From Candidatus Komeilibacteria bacterium (GTDB taxonomy: Bacteria > Patescibacteriota > Patescibacteriia > UBA1558), in NCBI GenBank assembly GCA_048538275.1, contig JBLYPW010000001.1, positions 38,244 through 102,243 of the forward strand: a stretch of DNA of 64,000 nt, written 5' to 3'. How positions within the stretch are numbered: position 1 is the stretch's first letter; each line of letters starts with the position of its first letter. Below are positions 10,285 to 19,615 of this stretch, piece after piece. Made by a program: the position numbers and the translations under genes. A model generated the notes under the pieces. It was not told the origin of the DNA. It saw nothing but the letters and a program-made list of their open reading frames with translations, and searched no databases.

Positions 10285-10608
10285 TTATTGGGCTAGCTCT
10301 CTTTCTATGCGTCTATTTTTCAATTCAGTGTCATCCAGATGCCAACGTAATTTTGGTATTTTTCTCAGTCTGACCGATTGTTTGAGCAGATGTTGAATAT
10401 GTCTGGTTTGATTGTTTAATTTTTTTAACACTGCCTTACCGCGATTTATGGGCAGAACGCTAATAGCAATGTCGGCCCAGCTGAGATCGGGAGATACCGA
10501 AACTTTTATAATAGTGGCTAAGCTATTGGCCGGCCACTCCACATCACGTACAAAAATTTCGTTTATATGCTGTTGCAATAGTGTATTTAATTGTTCTATG
10601 CGCGCCAT
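10285..10608 (-). CDS. rbfA: ribosome-binding factor A
   Basis: Size and sequence pattern of RbfA; it sits immediately downstream of infB in the classical order. Confidence 0.75.
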   Translation of the reverse strand: MARIEQLNTLLQQHINEIFVRDVEWPANSLATIIKVSVSPDLSWADIAISVLPINRGKAVLKKLNNQTRHIQHLLKQSVRLRKIPKLRWHLDDTELKNRRIERELAQ

Positions 10609-10609
10609 G

Positions 10610-12592
10610 TTATTCGGTTTTTTCTTGATAGACTTCCAGTATATCGCCTACCTGTATATGAGGGCGACCTTGATAGGTAATACCACATTGCTGCCCAGCT
10701 ATTACTTCATTGACGATTTCTTTATTGGCTTGTAGTTCATTTAATTTACCAAAGTCTATAGTTTCATCGCCGCGGGTAATCTTGACAGTTGTATTAGCTA
10801 TGACCTTGCCTTTAGTAACTTCGCCGCCCACGATCATGCTGTGTTTGTCTGTTTTAAAGATGGCCAAGACTTTAATTTCTCCCAATTCAACTCGCATGGT
10901 TTCTTGAGCTTTTATTTTGTCTAGTTCTGCCGCCACATCATCTAGCAAGTTATAAATGATATCATATTGATGAATAATTATTTTATTATCTAGCGCTAGT
11001 TGTTCGGCAGATTTTACTGGTTTAGTATGAAAGCTGATAAGCATAGCCTTACTACTGACGGCCTCTAAAATATCGACATCAGTAATATAGCCCAGGCCTT
11101 TTTTTATAATTTTTACTTGTGCCTTCTCGGTATTTAATTTGTTTAGAGCTTCTAAGATGGCCTCTTGTGAACCCACTACATCTGTTTTTAGTATAATGGG
11201 CAGAGTAGGAATAGAATCTTCCTCGCCGTCTTCCTGCCCGCTAACGGTTTGGCTATTATTGCTTTGTGGTTTCTTTTTGTTGGCTTTTTGTTTTTGTTTG
11301 AGTAATTTAGCGTCATTGATCACTTCCAATACATCGCCTACTACCGGAGCATCTTTTAAGCCGAGAATTTTTACTGGCTTGGCCGGCGGTACGCTTTGGA
11401 CGTCTTTACCATATTCATCCTTAATAGCTTTGATTTTACCAATTACAGAGCCCACTACGACATTGTCGCCGACGTGCAAGGTACCGGTTTGTACCAATAC
11501 GGTAGCTACTGGCCCTTCGTTTTTATCTTTATGGGCTTCAATGATAGTGCCGGCCGCCTCTCCAGAGGAGTCGGCTGTAAGTTCTTCCATATCTGCTACC
11601 AATAGTACCATTTCCAGCAATTCCTTGAGGCCGGTTTTGTTTTTGGCAGAAATGGGCGCGCAAATAGTTTTTCCGCCCCAATCTTCTGGTACCAAATTTA
11701 TTTCTGATAATTCTTTTTTAACTCTTTCTATATCAGCAGCGTCTTTATCAATTTTATTGATAGCAATAATAAAGGGTAAATTTTCTTTTTGACAAAGAGT
11801 AATAACTTCAATAGTTTGTGGTTGCAAACCGTCATCCGCAGCTACTACGATAATGGCGACGTCAGCGATTTTACTGCCGCGGGAACGCATGGCTTTGAAG
11901 GCTTCGTGTCCAGGTGTGTCTAGAAAAGTTATTAAACGATTGTCTAGCTCCACTTGATAGGCGCCAATGTGTTGAGTAATGCCGCCAGATTCCTGGTCAA
12001 TGACATTAGCCGTGCGCAAGGCGTCTAATAATCTAGTTTTGCCATGGTCAACATGCCCCATAACAATAACAACCGGCGGTTTAGTTTCTTTACCGTGTCT
12101 TTGTTGTACAATTTCTTTTAATTTAGCTTCTTGTTGGTCTGATTGGGCAGCGGCCAACTCTTCGTCGCTTAGCCTTTCTACCTTTACTCCCAAGTCTTCG
12201 CCTAAAATACTGGCAGTATCAAAATCAATTGCTTGATTTAGAGTGGCCATAATGCCATTTTGCATTAATTCTACCATTAATTTATTGACGGGAATTTCTA
12301 ATCGTTCTGCAAATTCTCTTACCACAATGGTGTCAGGAATATGAATTGTTCTTTCCAATTTTTTATCATCTTTTTCTTTGTCGGCATCCAGCCGAACTTC
12401 TGTGACTTTAGCTGCTTCTTCCGCCATTTTATTTTTACGTTTGTACTCGCTCCAAGCAGCGATAATTTTATCTACTAATTTATCGTTTACTTTAATAGCT
12501 TTTTTACCAATATCAAAACCAAGCTCCGGTAGTTTTTCCAAGAGCTCATTTGTTGGTACTTTCAGACGTCTGGCTAATTCAGTTACATTCAT
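10610..12592 (-). CDS. infB: translation initiation factor IF-2
   Basis: GTPase motifs GHVDHGKT and DTPGHEAF, NKID, and the IF-2 C-terminal domains. Confidence 0.9.
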   Translation of the reverse strand: MNVTELARRLKVPTNELLEKLPELGFDIGKKAIKVNDKLVDKIIAAWSEYKRKNKMAEEAAKVTEVRLDADKEKDDKKLERTIHIPDTIVVREFAERLEIPVNKLMVELMQNGIMATLNQAIDFDTASILGEDLGVKVERLSDEELAAAQSDQQEAKLKEIVQQRHGKETKPPVVIVMGHVDHGKTRLLDALRTANVIDQESGGITQHIGAYQVELDNRLITFLDTPGHEAFKAMRSRGSKIADVAIIVVAADDGLQPQTIEVITLCQKENLPFIIAINKIDKDAADIERVKKELSEINLVPEDWGGKTICAPISAKNKTGLKELLEMVLLVADMEELTADSSGEAAGTIIEAHKDKNEGPVATVLVQTGTLHVGDNVVVGSVIGKIKAIKDEYGKDVQSVPPAKPVKILGLKDAPVVGDVLEVINDAKLLKQKQKANKKKPQSNNSQTVSGQEDGEEDSIPTLPIILKTDVVGSQEAILEALNKLNTEKAQVKIIKKGLGYITDVDILEAVSSKAMLISFHTKPVKSAEQLALDNKIIIHQYDIIYNLLDDVAAELDKIKAQETMRVELGEIKVLAIFKTDKHSMIVGGEVTKGKVIANTTVKITRGDETIDFGKLNELQANKEIVNEVIAGQQCGITYQGRPHIQVGDILEVYQEKTE

Positions 12593-12737
12593 AAAAATTA
12601 ATGGGTGTTATTTTGCTAGATAAAAGTGTATAGCTTATTAAGCAATGTATCAAATTTACCCTAAAATATTAGTTTTGTCAATAAATCTAAATATTGTTAT
12701 AATTTAGTCACTAAGTTACTTTAAATAAAATAAAAAA

Positions 12738-13772
12738 ATGAATAAACTATTTAATGCCGCTATTGATGCACAAGCATCAGATTTACATTTAATAGCCGGA
12801 TCGCAGCCTTTTATTAGAATTGATGGGGTTTTGCAGCCACTACCTAATTCATCTCCACTTGCGGCGGCAAAGTTGAAAGAGATGGTTTTTGCTTTGTTAA
12901 CAGTTGAACAAAAGAAGAGGCTGGAAGAAGAGAAAGATTTGGATTTTTCTCACGAAACTTCAAATGGGGATCGCTTGCGTATCAATGTGCATTGGGAAAA
13001 GGGGAATATTGGTCTGGTGGCGCGTGTTATACCTGGCGATGTTCCGACTATGGAAGAACTGGCTATGCCAGCAAAATTGTATGAAGTGGTGCGGGAACAG
13101 CAAGGGCTTATTTTATTGACTGGCCCTACTGGTTCTGGCAAGACCACCTCCATGGCAGCGATGATAGATTTAATTAACCATGAGCGAGCCTCACATATTA
13201 TTACTTTGGAAGACCCGATTGAATATATTCACGAACCAGACAAGAGTATTATTATTCAGCGAGAGTTGGGTGAAGATATGTTGTCTTTTCAAGCCGGCCT
13301 AAAACACGCTTTACGACAAGACCCAAATGTTATTATGGTGGGAGAGATGCGCGATTTGGATACTATAGCAGCTACTCTTACATTGGCGGAGACTGGTCAT
13401 TTGGTGATGGCTACTTTGCACACGCATGACGCTGCGCAGACGGTAGATAGAATAGTGGATGTTTTTCCACCCCATCAGCAAAACCAGATTAGACTGCAAC
13501 TTTCTTTTACTTTGAAAGCGGTTTTATCACAACATTTATTACCAGCTAAAGAAGGTGGTCGTATTGCCGCGCGCGAGCTTATGATTAGTACGCCAGCTAT
13601 TGCTAATATTATTCGGGAAAATAAAATCGCACAATTAAAAAATGCTATTCAGACTTCTTCTGATTATGGTATGTTTACCGTAGAACAGGACGTTAAACGT
13701 TTGATAGAAGACGGCAAATTGGACGAGTCTATCGCTGATAATTATTTAGCGGCCTTGCCTGACACTGATTAG
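12738..13772 (+). CDS. pilT: type IV pilus retraction ATPase PilT/PilU family
   Basis: Walker A LILLTGPTGSGKTTS, GEMRD motif and His box of the PilT-family secretion ATPases. Confidence 0.8.
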   Translation: MNKLFNAAIDAQASDLHLIAGSQPFIRIDGVLQPLPNSSPLAAAKLKEMVFALLTVEQKKRLEEEKDLDFSHETSNGDRLRINVHWEKGNIGLVARVIPGDVPTMEELAMPAKLYEVVREQQGLILLTGPTGSGKTTSMAAMIDLINHERASHIITLEDPIEYIHEPDKSIIIQRELGEDMLSFQAGLKHALRQDPNVIMVGEMRDLDTIAATLTLAETGHLVMATLHTHDAAQTVDRIVDVFPPHQQNQIRLQLSFTLKAVLSQHLLPAKEGGRIAARELMISTPAIANIIRENKIAQLKNAIQTSSDYGMFTVEQDVKRLIEDGKLDESIADNYLAALPDTD

Positions 13773-13899
13773 CTTATGTTTGAAGATCCAGTAAAATTGG
13801 CAACATTTTTAGTGGTAACCACATTATTGTTTTATGCGGTGGTTTTTAGTTTGCGCGGCTTGCCAATTTGATAAAATTATAGTACATTATGTTGGCTTT

Positions 13900-13976
13900 T
13901 TATTATCCTGCTCCCGTAGCTCAACTGGATAGAGTGTCTGGCTTCGGACCAGAAGGTTGTAGGTTCGAATCCTGCC
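13900..13976 (+). tRNA. tRNA-Arg (anticodon TCG)
   Basis: Hand-folded cloverleaf: acceptor GCTCCCG/CGGGAGC, anticodon stem TCTGG/CCAGA with loop CTTCGGA, T-arm GGTTCGAATCC, and an encoded CCA. Confidence 0.85.
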
Positions 13977-14441
13977 GGGAGCACCACCACGTCATAACTT
14001 GCTTCCGCTGTTTCATGCCCCTGAACAAGTCAGGGTCATTCCACTGCTCATCAAGTTATTCCTTGATGCTCATTGCTTAACTCCTCGACAAGCTCGGAGC
14101 CCAAGCAATGCGCATGGCACTCACTTTTCAACTTGCTTCCGCTTACCCACTTTATTTGAGTCTTTAATTTATAAAACAGAATCTATTTTAAGACTCTGTT
14201 TTTTTGAAAGAAAACGTCGCCTAACGTTTCGGCATATCTGATGTCCGCTTTGCGGATATGGATGGAGGCTTTTGTATAAAAGCCGTAACCAGATATGCCG
14301 TGTTATATGATGTACATGTTTTCCTTTTGATTTGCGATAGCAAATCGCTCTTAAAAAAGAATCTGATTTTGTTTTTCCGTTTTGGGCGAAGGGCAGAGGG
14401 GAATTAAAGGGGTGAATGCCCGAGCCCAAAACACCTTACAA

Positions 14442-16046
14442 TTAATTTGAGCTAAATCCTTTTGTATTTGCTGCTTCAAGCGCGCTAAATATAATTTGCA
14501 TGTCTGATTCAAATTGTTCTTGCGTGATATTTCCAGCAACTTCTTTTGCGTATTCTACTTTTTGACTATTTTCTATTTCATCTTTAGATTTTTTATATTC
14601 ATTTGGATAATATTCCTCAAGTGATTCAACTGCTAATTCAAAAATTTGCCCGTTTGTAAATAAATATGGATAGCCAGCTTTAAATTGGTCATATTTTGTT
14701 TGTTGTTCGCTGTTAGGTTTGTCTATTAGAACAACTGCTTTGTCTTTATATATTGGGTTGTCCGATCCAGCTAGTGGAACAAATAATTTATGAACAGCTA
14801 ATAAACTTGGTTCTTGCTCGTCAATATCTCCACCAGCAAATATTATTTTAATTCCTTTATATTTTGTTGAGTAAAAACGCTTAATAACGATGTTAATAAA
14901 CTCAAATTCACTTTTTCCCTCGACTATTATAAAATTTCTAGGTAAGAGTAAGTCAGACGGACTACCACCCAATAGATCAAAGATTACATCAATTTTTTCT
15001 GCATCACTTACTTCTGTTATTTGGGTAATTTTATTTAATTTTTCAACCTTATGAATTTTTTGACAGTCATGATTCTCTACCACTAAAACAGACGAATGCG
15101 TGTTAATGAATACTTGGTCTGTATCGCAAATATCAAGTAAAGCTTTTTTTAAAGCTCTTTGAGCAGAGGGGTGCAGATGTAATTCTGCCTCATCAATTAA
15201 AAAGAGAAATGTGCCACCGCCACTTTGTTCTTTTCTATAATCTGCAAAAGCTTGAATAATAGATAGCATTATCGCCCTTTGCATTCCGTCGCCTTTATCT
15301 TCAGCTTTTGTTTCAATCCCGTCATCCACGGTTGTGTCAAAGCTTTTTAAAAGATCATTGAAATTTGGCGGATTTACTCCAAACTTAACTTTTGTGCCAT
15401 CTGGAAATTGTTTTTGAAGATAAACCTCAACTTTCGTACCCAGTTTATCAAGCTCTTTTCTAACTTCTGACGAATCGCTATCAAATAATTTTGAAAATTG
15501 AGTTTTAAAATCAATGTAATCTTGTGAATTGTCAATAATAGCGGTTAAAACTCCGGATAACATTGTTCCTATGGGATTCTTGTCTTTGTATTTTGAAACA
15601 TCATCAAGGCGTATCTTTGTATTCACATATTCTAATTTCGGTAAAAATTCATTTATTGCAGTATCTAATCCTGACGGATTACCTTTGTCTTCAGCACCAA
15701 CAAGATATTTTCTTTTATGATCTACGCTAGTTTTTAATACAGAAAAGTTAGTATTGCCGCCAAGCATTGTTCTAATTTTAGTTTTATTTGCATCAGTTGT
15801 TAGTTTTTCAATATCAGATTCAATCACATCTTCAAAAAAAATTTCTACGGAAATTTTATTTGATTCTTCTTTATTGAAATGTTCATCTGCTTTGGATGAT
15901 TTCGAAGTATAAAACCAATCTATTGATTCAAAAAAATTTGTTTTACCATGATTGTTCTGACCGACAAAAACTGAAAATTTATTCGGCAAAACTTCAACCT
16001 CTTGAATTGAACGGTAATTTTTTACAATAATTTTTGATATTCTCAT
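14442..16046 (-). CDS. OLD-family ATP-dependent endonuclease (ABC-type ATPase + Toprim)
   Basis: N-terminal AAA_15/ABC ATPase (VFVGQNNHGKTNF Walker A; LFLIDEAELHLHP Walker B/D-loop). C-terminal OLD-type Toprim (IIVEGKSE ... GGDID). Confidence 0.7.
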   Translation of the reverse strand: MRISKIIVKNYRSIQEVEVLPNKFSVFVGQNNHGKTNFFESIDWFYTSKSSKADEHFNKEESNKISVEIFFEDVIESDIEKLTTDANKTKIRTMLGGNTNFSVLKTSVDHKRKYLVGAEDKGNPSGLDTAINEFLPKLEYVNTKIRLDDVSKYKDKNPIGTMLSGVLTAIIDNSQDYIDFKTQFSKLFDSDSSEVRKELDKLGTKVEVYLQKQFPDGTKVKFGVNPPNFNDLLKSFDTTVDDGIETKAEDKGDGMQRAIMLSIIQAFADYRKEQSGGGTFLFLIDEAELHLHPSAQRALKKALLDICDTDQVFINTHSSVLVVENHDCQKIHKVEKLNKITQITEVSDAEKIDVIFDLLGGSPSDLLLPRNFIIVEGKSEFEFINIVIKRFYSTKYKGIKIIFAGGDIDEQEPSLLAVHKLFVPLAGSDNPIYKDKAVVLIDKPNSEQQTKYDQFKAGYPYLFTNGQIFELAVESLEEYYPNEYKKSKDEIENSQKVEYAKEVAGNITQEQFESDMQIIFSALEAANTKGFSSN

Positions 16047-16052
16047 ATTGAA

Positions 16053-16880
16053 TTAATAACCCAAGGCAAGCTGATCAAGCATATCGGGTCCCTTTTCTCG
16101 ACCGACTTCCTGATAAATCTCAAGGACTTGCTCATATGTTCCGGCTCCACCCACCAAATCCCAAAATTCTTTACCAAGTAAAACCTCGTCTTCCAAATCC
16201 ATGTAATTCACAACGAAACTATGCTTATATGTTGCTTTATTTACACCATAGGGGTTATAGGCAGTGGCGTAATATGCTTTTGCTTTTGGATATTGTTTGT
16301 AAGTTATCCCGTGAATTTGTAGCAACCGTCCTGTTGCCTCTAAACATTGTCCTTTATTCGGTTTTGGGCTTTTTATCTCAATAAAAAGTTCCGTGCCGTC
16401 TTTTTTGACAATATATAAATCAGCAATGCTGGTTCTATCTGCACTTTTCCCATCTCCAGCAATTTTAATAATTTCTTCGACAAATTCAGGATAACTTGAT
16501 TTCATTCCACCTGTGCCAATTTTGCTTGTGATTTCTTCAATTCGTTTTATAGCCTTAAGTGAGATTTGACCAGTAACACGATGTCCTCGCTCTGCGTGTT
16601 TGTGATTATCAAGTGCGATAAGACGAGCACACTCTTCAAATGTCGTGCCAAGTTTTGTAGAAAATGACCTTTCAAATTCCGTTATCGTTAGTAGTCCGTC
16701 TGGCAATAAGGATTCGTGGAACGGTTTTAAATCGCCTTTCTTTGATTCTTGGCGCAATGGCCTTAGTTGCTTAGGGTCAAAACCGTTGTCAGTTTTCTCT
16801 TCTACCATTCCTTGAATAAATCCTTCAAGGTAACCTTTAATTAATTGTCTGGTGTTTTTTGTAATCATATTTTTTGCCAA
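16053..16880 (-). CDS. putative type II restriction endonuclease (PD-(D/E)xK fold)
   Basis: ADLYIV...ELFIEIKSPK fits the PD...(D/E)xK catalytic motif. Its 3' end overlaps the start of the adjacent DNA MTase by 16 bp, implying an operon. Confidence 0.5.
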   Translation of the reverse strand: MAKNMITKNTRQLIKGYLEGFIQGMVEEKTDNGFDPKQLRPLRQESKKGDLKPFHESLLPDGLLTITEFERSFSTKLGTTFEECARLIALDNHKHAERGHRVTGQISLKAIKRIEEITSKIGTGGMKSSYPEFVEEIIKIAGDGKSADRTSIADLYIVKKDGTELFIEIKSPKPNKGQCLEATGRLLQIHGITYKQYPKAKAYYATAYNPYGVNKATYKHSFVVNYMDLEDEVLLGKEFWDLVGGAGTYEQVLEIYQEVGREKGPDMLDQLALGY

Positions 16881-18058
16881 ATTAAAATACTTTCATAAAA
16901 TGCGCCATTGCGCCGTCCTGTACGACGATTAACATGGCGTTCAACCCTCCCGATTGATTTAAACCCAACATCTGAGGGATTATATAAATTATGTTTATCG
17001 TTAACAACGATAGCCATAATTCCGTTTTTAGTCATATAATTGCGTGTGTGCAATAATACATCATTTATACCTTTTATATATTCTTTTTTTGCATCTTCTG
17101 AAGATCCTCTTTTTGCTGGTCCAATTTCTCTGGTTTCGTTATTTTTTAACCCAAGTAATTCATAAGCGTATTTATGCTGATCATGATAATCAATTAAACC
17201 AATGTAAGGTGGTGATGTAAAAACCATATCAATATCTTTCGGCAAGATTACTGTTCGTGAGTCATCATGAAATATTTTGACATCTGCTTTAGTTCTAATT
17301 TTGTTAAATTCTTTTACTCGTTGTAGAGCATCAATAGAATAGCGACTTAAAAATTTATAAGCTTCTTGAACAGGCGTACAAACTCTTCTATGTTTAAAGC
17401 ATTTATATGGTGTTTTCTGTGGTTTTTTAGGGAAGTCTAAATCATAATGCGTAACTAATCGAGCTGAACGTGCCGAGCGAGAAAGAATGATTTTTAATAA
17501 ATCTTGATATTCATAGTCTTTTATCAAACGCAAGTAGCAAAGAAGTTCTTTTTTTGTCCTATCTGCAAACCAGTCGTTAATATATTCATTTTTTGTAGCG
17601 AAAAGTTTATTAACTTTTTCATCATTTAAAAAATCTTTTTCGTATTTCGACATTCGTTTTAAGATATCACGAATTTCCTTATCTAAAAGTTCAATATCAT
17701 ATTTATCAGTTTTAACCTTAGAAAGCAGGGTGTTAAAAACAGAAATATCTGTGCCGATTGAATCAATTCCTAGTGCATTTGCTTCAACAAGTGTTGTTCC
17801 TGACCCACAAAAAGGATCATAAACTAGTTTGGGATTGAATTTACGCAAAAAAATTTCTGCCATTTGAGGAATAAATTTTCCCATGTATGGATGAAGTCGA
17901 TGAACGTGCTTTGTTCGCGCTATTTCCGGTAAATCATTTTCCCGCCAATTTAAATTAAGTGTTTCTAAATCTGTATCAAAATTAATGCTTGAAAAATTGG
18001 TCAACGGAGTTTGTTGATATTGTTTAGCGATTTTTTGAGCTACTTTATTATCGTACAT
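16865..18058 (-). CDS. DNA amino-methyltransferase (N6-adenine or N4-cytosine), alpha-type motif order
   Basis: Motif I DPFCGSGTT near the N-terminus and motif IV TSPPY about 200 aa later (N6_N4_Mtase family). The SPPY variant hints at m4C but does not prove it. Confidence 0.7.
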   Translation of the reverse strand: MYDNKVAQKIAKQYQQTPLTNFSSINFDTDLETLNLNWRENDLPEIARTKHVHRLHPYMGKFIPQMAEIFLRKFNPKLVYDPFCGSGTTLVEANALGIDSIGTDISVFNTLLSKVKTDKYDIELLDKEIRDILKRMSKYEKDFLNDEKVNKLFATKNEYINDWFADRTKKELLCYLRLIKDYEYQDLLKIILSRSARSARLVTHYDLDFPKKPQKTPYKCFKHRRVCTPVQEAYKFLSRYSIDALQRVKEFNKIRTKADVKIFHDDSRTVILPKDIDMVFTSPPYIGLIDYHDQHKYAYELLGLKNNETREIGPAKRGSSEDAKKEYIKGINDVLLHTRNYMTKNGIMAIVVNDKHNLYNPSDVGFKSIGRVERHVNRRTGRRNGAFYESILIWQKI

Positions 18059-18231
18059 ATTTTATTGCCTGAGTAAATGTATTAGTATTGTACTTCATTT
18101 CCCCTTATAAATAAATCGTTTTCGTAGCGGAGCGGAGAAAACACCTTATTCCCCTCTATAATTAAAGAAAAAGAAATTTGAAAATTTTTTAAAACAATTG
18201 GGCGTTAGCCCAAAAAAGAAAAGGAATATTT

Positions 18232-18333
18232 CATATAACATCAGGGATATACGAAGTTTTTCTGGAGCGGAGCGGAAGAAATTTGGGAAATTTGCGAGCC
18301 GAGCAAATTTCCTCATAAGCCCTGTTATACGAG
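18232..18333. repeat. GC-rich long imperfect palindromic element, copy 1
   Basis: catataacatcagggatatacgaag ... cctcataagccctgttatacgag, with internal ggaaatttgc/gcaaatttcc arms. Related to the copy at 19409-19495. Confidence 0.5.
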
Positions 18334-18397
18334 GGTGAGCGTAACGAAGTGGAGCGAAAGCGCAGCGTCCCCTTGCGTATGACGCAGGAGCCAGCCG

Positions 18398-19333
18398 TTA
18401 TCTTTTACACACAGCAAGAGCATAAGTATCTTTAGAATCAGAATATATTTTCACACTAGAAAAGAACTTCTCAAGTATTTTTTTAAACTCGGGTTTGGTA
18501 TATTTATAGGATATTGCAGTAATTATAACATCTCCTTTTTTAAAATTTAAAGTTCTTCCGAGATGTTTAATCGTTTTGTCTTTTTTCAAAATATACAATT
18601 CTTCAATCCTAGAATTGACAAAACGAACATCATAAGCAATATCATGTTTTGTTAAACCTAATTGTTGTGGTATCTGAACAAGCCAATTATTAATTATGGT
18701 GTCTTTGTATTCTTCTGTCCAATCTTCATGACCATTTGTTAGACCATTACCAATCAGAAGAATATCATCTTTGTTCATGCTTGTTTTTATTCCATGCAAT
18801 ATGTCCTCTCTGTCAAAATTCCCCAAGGTATTGCCCAATAACATCATAAAATGAGTTTCAAAGCCAGTCTCTCTAAAAAGAGGAGTAATATTATTAAGAT
18901 TTTCAAAGTCGGAAATATTCCAACGAAATTCCAAAACTTCTCCGACTTTCATTTTACGAATAGTTTTGGCGGCTTTTGAAACCATGTAAGAACTAATATC
19001 AATAGGGCAATACCTGATTTTCATGTGCTTTGCTAATTCATGAATAAACAGAGAGGCTTTTTGTCCGTCGCCACAACCTAAATCAATGATATTGCATGAA
19101 CTTTTTGGTAAAGCATGAACAAAATCTTTCATATTTTGTTTTATCAAAGACACCTCTTTCTCAATAATGGATTTCTTGTATCCCTCAGTCTTACTTAAAT
19201 CAAGAAAACCCTGGGCTTGTTTAGGAGTCAGATACCACAACTTAGAATCTGCAACATCCCAAACCCGAGTTTTTCCCTCGAGTTTATATCCTCTTTTGAG
19301 AAGTTCTTTGAAAATTAAATCATTGATTTGCAT
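18398..19333 (-). CDS. EgtD-like (Methyltransf_33) SAM-dependent small-molecule methyltransferase
   Basis: IIDLGCGDGQKASLF (motif I), LGNTLGNF, DDILLIGNGL and the C-terminal YALAVCKR parallel EgtD's LVELGSGTSEK / LGSTIGNL / GDSLLLGTDL / LSLAVR. The annotated ORF start at 19417 runs into the repeat element; the in-frame ATG at 19333 (MQINDL...) is more plausible. Confidence 0.5.
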   Translation of the reverse strand: MQINDLIFKELLKRGYKLEGKTRVWDVADSKLWYLTPKQAQGFLDLSKTEGYKKSIIEKEVSLIKQNMKDFVHALPKSSCNIIDLGCGDGQKASLFIHELAKHMKIRYCPIDISSYMVSKAAKTIRKMKVGEVLEFRWNISDFENLNNITPLFRETGFETHFMMLLGNTLGNFDREDILHGIKTSMNKDDILLIGNGLTNGHEDWTEEYKDTIINNWLVQIPQQLGLTKHDIAYDVRFVNSRIEELYILKKDKTIKHLGRTLNFKKGDVIITAISYKYTKPEFKKILEKFFSSVKIYSDSKDTYALAVCKR

Positions 19334-19408
19334 AATAAGTGAAAATATATTCTTTATAATATAAATCTTGCGATTGAATTTATTTAGGCTGGCTCCGAGT
19401 AATATGTC

Positions 19409-19495
19409 GTATAACATCAGGATTATGAGAAGTTCGCGAAGCGAATTTGGGTGGAGAAGTCTGCAAGACTTCGTAACCTCATAATCCTTGTTATA
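19409..19495. repeat. GC-rich long imperfect palindromic element, copy 2
   Basis: cgtataacatcaggattatgagaagttcgcgaagcgaa ... cctcataatccttgttatat; the outer arms are mutually complementary. Homologous to 18232-18333. Confidence 0.5.
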
Positions 19496-19615
19496 TTCCC
19501 CGTAGGGCTGAAATTTAGTGCAACGTCCCGAAGGGAAATTTCAGAGTCGTCGTGTCTATCTAAAAAATTTGAATTGCCGCCGCCTTTTTTGTTTCTTTTT
19601 TTCTAAAAAAGAAAA

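Noticed and set aside
11139-12236. Several plus-strand ORFs (217 aa, 69 aa, 85 aa) inside infB
   Set aside because: They are antisense to a highly conserved gene, Ser/Thr/Leu-rich and low-complexity, with no start context. They are spurious.
13990-14440. Possible integrase pseudogene or att repeat after tRNA-Arg
   Set aside because: The stretch is GC-richer and ORF-less, but I could not find a copy of the tRNA 3' end at the far side of the island or any recognisable integrase remnant by eye. It is mentioned only within the island finding.
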